Source: Minutocellus sp. GHC0000111 (Eukaryota). Taken from it: 64,000 nucleotides of DNA. The translations under genes and the position numbers were made by a program. A model generated the notes under the pieces. It had not been told where the DNA came from, ran no database searches, and saw only the letters and a program-made list of their open reading frames with translations. Below, one piece after another: positions 60,097 through 64,000 of this stretch. Position 1 is the first letter of the stretch, and every line of letters begins with the position of its first letter. Location of the stretch: the NCBI GenBank assembly GCA_977018835.1, contig OZ361260.1, forward strand, positions 1,426,001 through 1,490,000, written 5' to 3'.

Positions 60097-60448
60097 AAGG
60101 AGAGAGAGAGAGATTAAATTGAAAGAGGTTGTTGTAGTGATTAGCAAGGCGATGGTGGATGGAATAGGAGCATGCCTCCTTCTGTTGTGCTGCATGAATA
60201 GTTGTCTGGTTGTTTACCTCTTGCTTGAATACTACCGGTACTAGCTAGCCACTACGTAGCTAGCTAGCAGCTAGCTAGATACCAATTGCTAGCTACGTAT
60301 CAGCTACGACGTAGCGTACTCTAGCTAGAGTTAGTAGAGGTAGTAGCACTTATTATTATTAGAATCTAATTATTATTTACATGTTTGTTACTGCATGCAT
60401 TTCGCCCTTATACTTCACTCCGAGCTCCAATATTTTACCTTACTGTGG

Positions 60449-63400
60449 TCATGCTGTTGCCCCGACATCCGCCGTGCCCATTACAACAAGCTCTGTGAAT
60501 GTAAGCACGCCCTTGACCTTAGGATCTTGTCGCACCCTTGCAGCACTCGCGTGTACACCATTGAAAGGGAAGCGGAACTTTGGAATGCCCGTGCTATCGG
60601 CAATAGGTGGGGAGCTCGCAACAACAACGAGCTCCCCGGGATCGTTGCCATCAACATAGTCCAGTAGCTCAACTGTAGCTCCTGATAATCTGGGGGAACA
60701 ACAGCTATCGAGACGACTGTACACGTCAACATAATCGACGCTGCCGCTGGCCTTGAATTTGACCATCATCCACTCCCCATACCCGCTGCAACTATGAAAC
60801 ATGCTGTTGTCGGCGATATATGGCTTGATTTTCTGGTCGATGGCTTTGTACGGGCCTTTCCGGAAACAGACGGAACTTGAACCTGCCTCTCCCTTCTTGG
60901 CTAGATTCACAATGGGCTCGGGAGGAGGCATGTCACTCAGCACAGTGCCCACGACGACAGCCTCGGCAATACCAAGAACTCCCCTGGTTGCAGCGTCCTT
61001 GGAGACACGAATGCCGGATGCACGTCGGTTGTTGAAGACGAGGTGGAACTTCGGTACCCCCCTGGAATCACCAAGAGGAAGGGCGGTACCTACTGCTATG
61101 AGATCGCCGTCTTGGTCATAATCTAAGACAATTTCAAAGGAAAAGAAGGAAAAATTATTGTTAGGACACGATATGCATACCTAGGTACACATGTACCTAT
61201 AGACGCATCCAGATAGTTAATTCACAACAAAAGTCTCACCAAAAAGCTCAACGGTGGCACCGGAAAGGTAATGCGAGCAACAAGAATCCAAACGATTGTA
61301 AAGATCTACGTAGGAAACGAGCGCCGGAGTCTCGAATACTGTCTGCCAGTAGTTACCGGTGCCGCTGCAGGTGTGAATTATCGATTTGTCCAACCAGAAT
61401 CCACTTGTACGACCGTCGATGGCCTTGTATGGTCCGCCGCCAAAGCATGTGCTGGATTGCTCCGCTGTGTTTGTTCTGGCGGCCGCTAAATTTTGTATGG
61501 GCGTGGCTGCTGGAAGATTCCCAGCCGTGCCCATTACCACCACCTCAGCAATTGGAAGTGTGCCTCGTATTGCTTCATCCTTTTGAATACGCACGGCGCT
61601 TGCCCGCTGCTGCTTGAAGGGGAGGTGGAATCTAGAAACACCCTCCGAGACGCCGATGTCAGCCGAGGCAACGGCAACAATTTCTCCGCCTTCGTCGTAG
61701 TCCAGCAATTGAACCATCGCACCGCCTCGCCCACCAAGGTAGTGCTGACAACACGAGTCCATCCTATTGAAAACCTCCACAAAATCGATGAGAGAGGGCT
61801 CGACCAGTTCCACCTGCCACCACGATCCTCGCTCCGAGCAAGTGTGCGATATTGAATCACGAGTCCACCTGGGATCGGTGTTGCCGTCTATTGCTCGGCT
61901 TGCGACGGCTCCGAAGCATGTGCTGCTCTGAGTTGCAAGTCCAGTGGCAGCGAGATTGACAGGAACACTTGGGGATGGAGCTCTGGTCGGAGCTGATGTG
62001 GCGTCAGGGTCAGCAATGCAGGATTTCCCGTCGGTCTCGTCGAGAGTGTATCCAGCGTTACAGGCACATTCAAATCCTGGTACTTTGTCGGTGCAAAGTT
62101 GGTCGCAACCAGAGGTTCCAGTCTCGCATTCATTCTCATCTGACGTCTTGATGATCGATTGGACATCAACATCAAATTGCGGCACCTGGATCGCGGATGC
62201 CAACTTGACCTCGATGGCCTCGTCGTCGGAAGGGATCTCGAGGTTGATGGTTACCTCGTACGTCGTTTTATTGTTGGCATCTAAGAGCTCCAATATTGTC
62301 TGGTCCTTTGCCACGCAATTGGTAGGAAGGGTCGTGGCCGAATTCGCGTAAGACACGTACACATCGCACAGACTTCTCTGCTCGTCGGGGTCAAGGTGTC
62401 GTTCCTCCGATAGCACAACAACTTGATCGAAGAAGGCAATCACTCCCCCGCAACCAGCAATGTTGTTTGATCCTGATGTAAAGAGGTCGAAATCTGAAAA
62501 GAGATTGCATCCGTGGCTACCTCTATTTGGGAGAACGTAGTCGAGGTCGGCATCGTCGGTGATGTCGAACCAGTGGGATATGCCGTGCCATATGGCATCC
62601 CACGAGGTTGTTGGGATAATGCGCCCTCGGGGAAGGACGTAGGCATCATCATTATCGAAGAAGGTAGATGGGTATTCTCCGAGGATCTTGCCGCCCTTTG
62701 CTGAGCCGGAGGCCATGAAATAGTTTCCTGAGAAGACGATAAGAGAGCGGAGAAGCACAGAAGCGAAGATCAATGGTGGTGGTGAGGAAGAGTAGATAAA
62801 ATACACTGCTACCATCCTCGCATTTGACTGACTTACCTCCCCACGCGTGGTCGGTACCTTGACCAGAATTTGGTGTCATTGTTCTACCAAATTCTGAGCT
62901 CATAATAAAAATTACATCCGATGTGAGTCCCTCGGCCTCCATCTCGCTCCAAAATCCTTCCACGGCCCCATTGATCTCTAATAGCTGAGCGTTGAAGTTA
63001 CTCTTGGCATTGGCGTGATGATCAAAACCCCCAACTTCGACATGAAAAGCGTCTCGATTTACGCCTCTTCCAACGCGAGCCTTGATGAGTTTCGTCACCA
63101 TTTCCAATTGCCGACCTACTCGTCCATTGCCAAAGCTGCTCGCAACGGTGACGGCATCGAGCACATCCGTGTAGTCATCGGTGTACTTCCTGCTATCAAC
63201 CATTTTCTGGCTCCACAAGCTACCAAACATGCCGCTGGTGGCAGTAAAGTTGCCATTGAGATCGGCCATCAGCGCGAGAAGAGTATCCTTACCTCTCGGG
63301 CTTGCGCTGTCCGTGTCGAAGGCAAATGTGTCCACCGGTGGTTGGCCATCTAAAAGATCAATTGGGCCCCAGTTCGATATCACATCGATTGAACGGGCTA

Positions 63401-64000
63401 GCAATGGATTCCCTGCGAGGCTGATGGAAGTGCGGTCAATCGCGATGGATCCGACCGACATGGACTTGTCTTCGAGGACGTCCAGCATTCGACCCAAAAC
63501 ACCGGTACCTGGCTCGTCTCTGAAAGCGTCGACAAGATGATTTTCAATCTTCTGATGATAATGACTGAATAGCTGGGACCGGGTTTCAGTCTTGTAGTTG
63601 CTTTCAGTGACGGGCTTGTTGAGATGACCGGCGTTCGCGAAGAAGACGCCCGCGCCATTGTCGTATAGTGTCTTGAAGAAGTCGATGTTCTTGTTGATGC
63701 CAAACTCGGCGCATGGCTGGTCCGAGGACGTTGCATCAATTGTAACTACTTCATGCAGTGGGTCCAAAGCGACGTTCTCTCCTCGAACCTGCTTGTATTC
63801 ATCGAATAGGGGGCACGTTGGACCAGGAACCAAGAGGTTGAACGTGTCAGCGCCCCCAAAGAGATATAGGTGAACAATCGCTTTATACCCGGCATCTTCA
63901 GCTGGCGGGGGGCGAGGAGTGGGAGGGCGATTCTCATTGACCAACGTAGTCAGACTCGTCGAGTGGAACTCTGGCGTCGAAGCAATGAGCTCTTGAGCAA
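60449..64000 (-). CDS. DUF1501 protein (5' part outside the window) with an EGF-like domain and three fucolectin/F5-8C-like repeats; introns 62836-62728 and 61239-61123
   Basis: STPEFH, YKAIVHLYLFGGADTFNLLVP, QLFSH, GGFDHH, SEFGRT, GTDHAWGGNY; NECETGTSGCDQLC...CACNAGY; ASRAIDGN..SHT..WWQV..VFNRMDSCC. Confidence 0.85.

Noticed and set aside
1..64000. rRNA, tRNA or snRNA genes
   Set aside because: No recognisable conserved motifs by eye; a covariance-model scan would be needed to exclude them.

Overview
Eukaryotic nuclear DNA with GT-AG introns, most likely from a diatom. The evidence is a silicanin-like gene, ASAFAP-type plastid presequences, DUF6824, a DUF1501 fusion and diatom-type LRR/sulfotransferase/Sel1-MYND families. 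About 30 genes or gene fragments are visible: Sel1/MYND proteins, nucleoplasmin-type FKBP, acyltransferase-3, a secreted 2OG-oxygenase-like/DOMON-like protein, aldo-keto reductase, S28 peptidase, a large coiled-coil protein, importin-beta (IPO5-like), KTI12, DUF6824, sulfotransferase-like, LRR, ankyrin, pyruvate carboxylase and DUF1501-EGF-fucolectin. There is also a MITE, a 5'-truncated LINE and a tandemly amplified region at about 14.5-28 kb. Two window-wide signals stand out. First, many genes carry nonsense codons, frameshifts, small deletions or chimeric junctions, as in a decaying haplotype or paralogous segment, although some lesions could be read errors. Second, short palindromes of the form TA-x-x'-TA are abundant. 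Comparing duplicated segments shows them present in one copy where the other has a single TA, and sometimes stacked, consistent with repeated Tc1/mariner-like insertion-excision footprints. A strongly base-paired ~270-nt non-coding element lies at 75-347. No rRNA, tRNA or CRISPR array was recognised. All family assignments come from motif recognition, not database searches.
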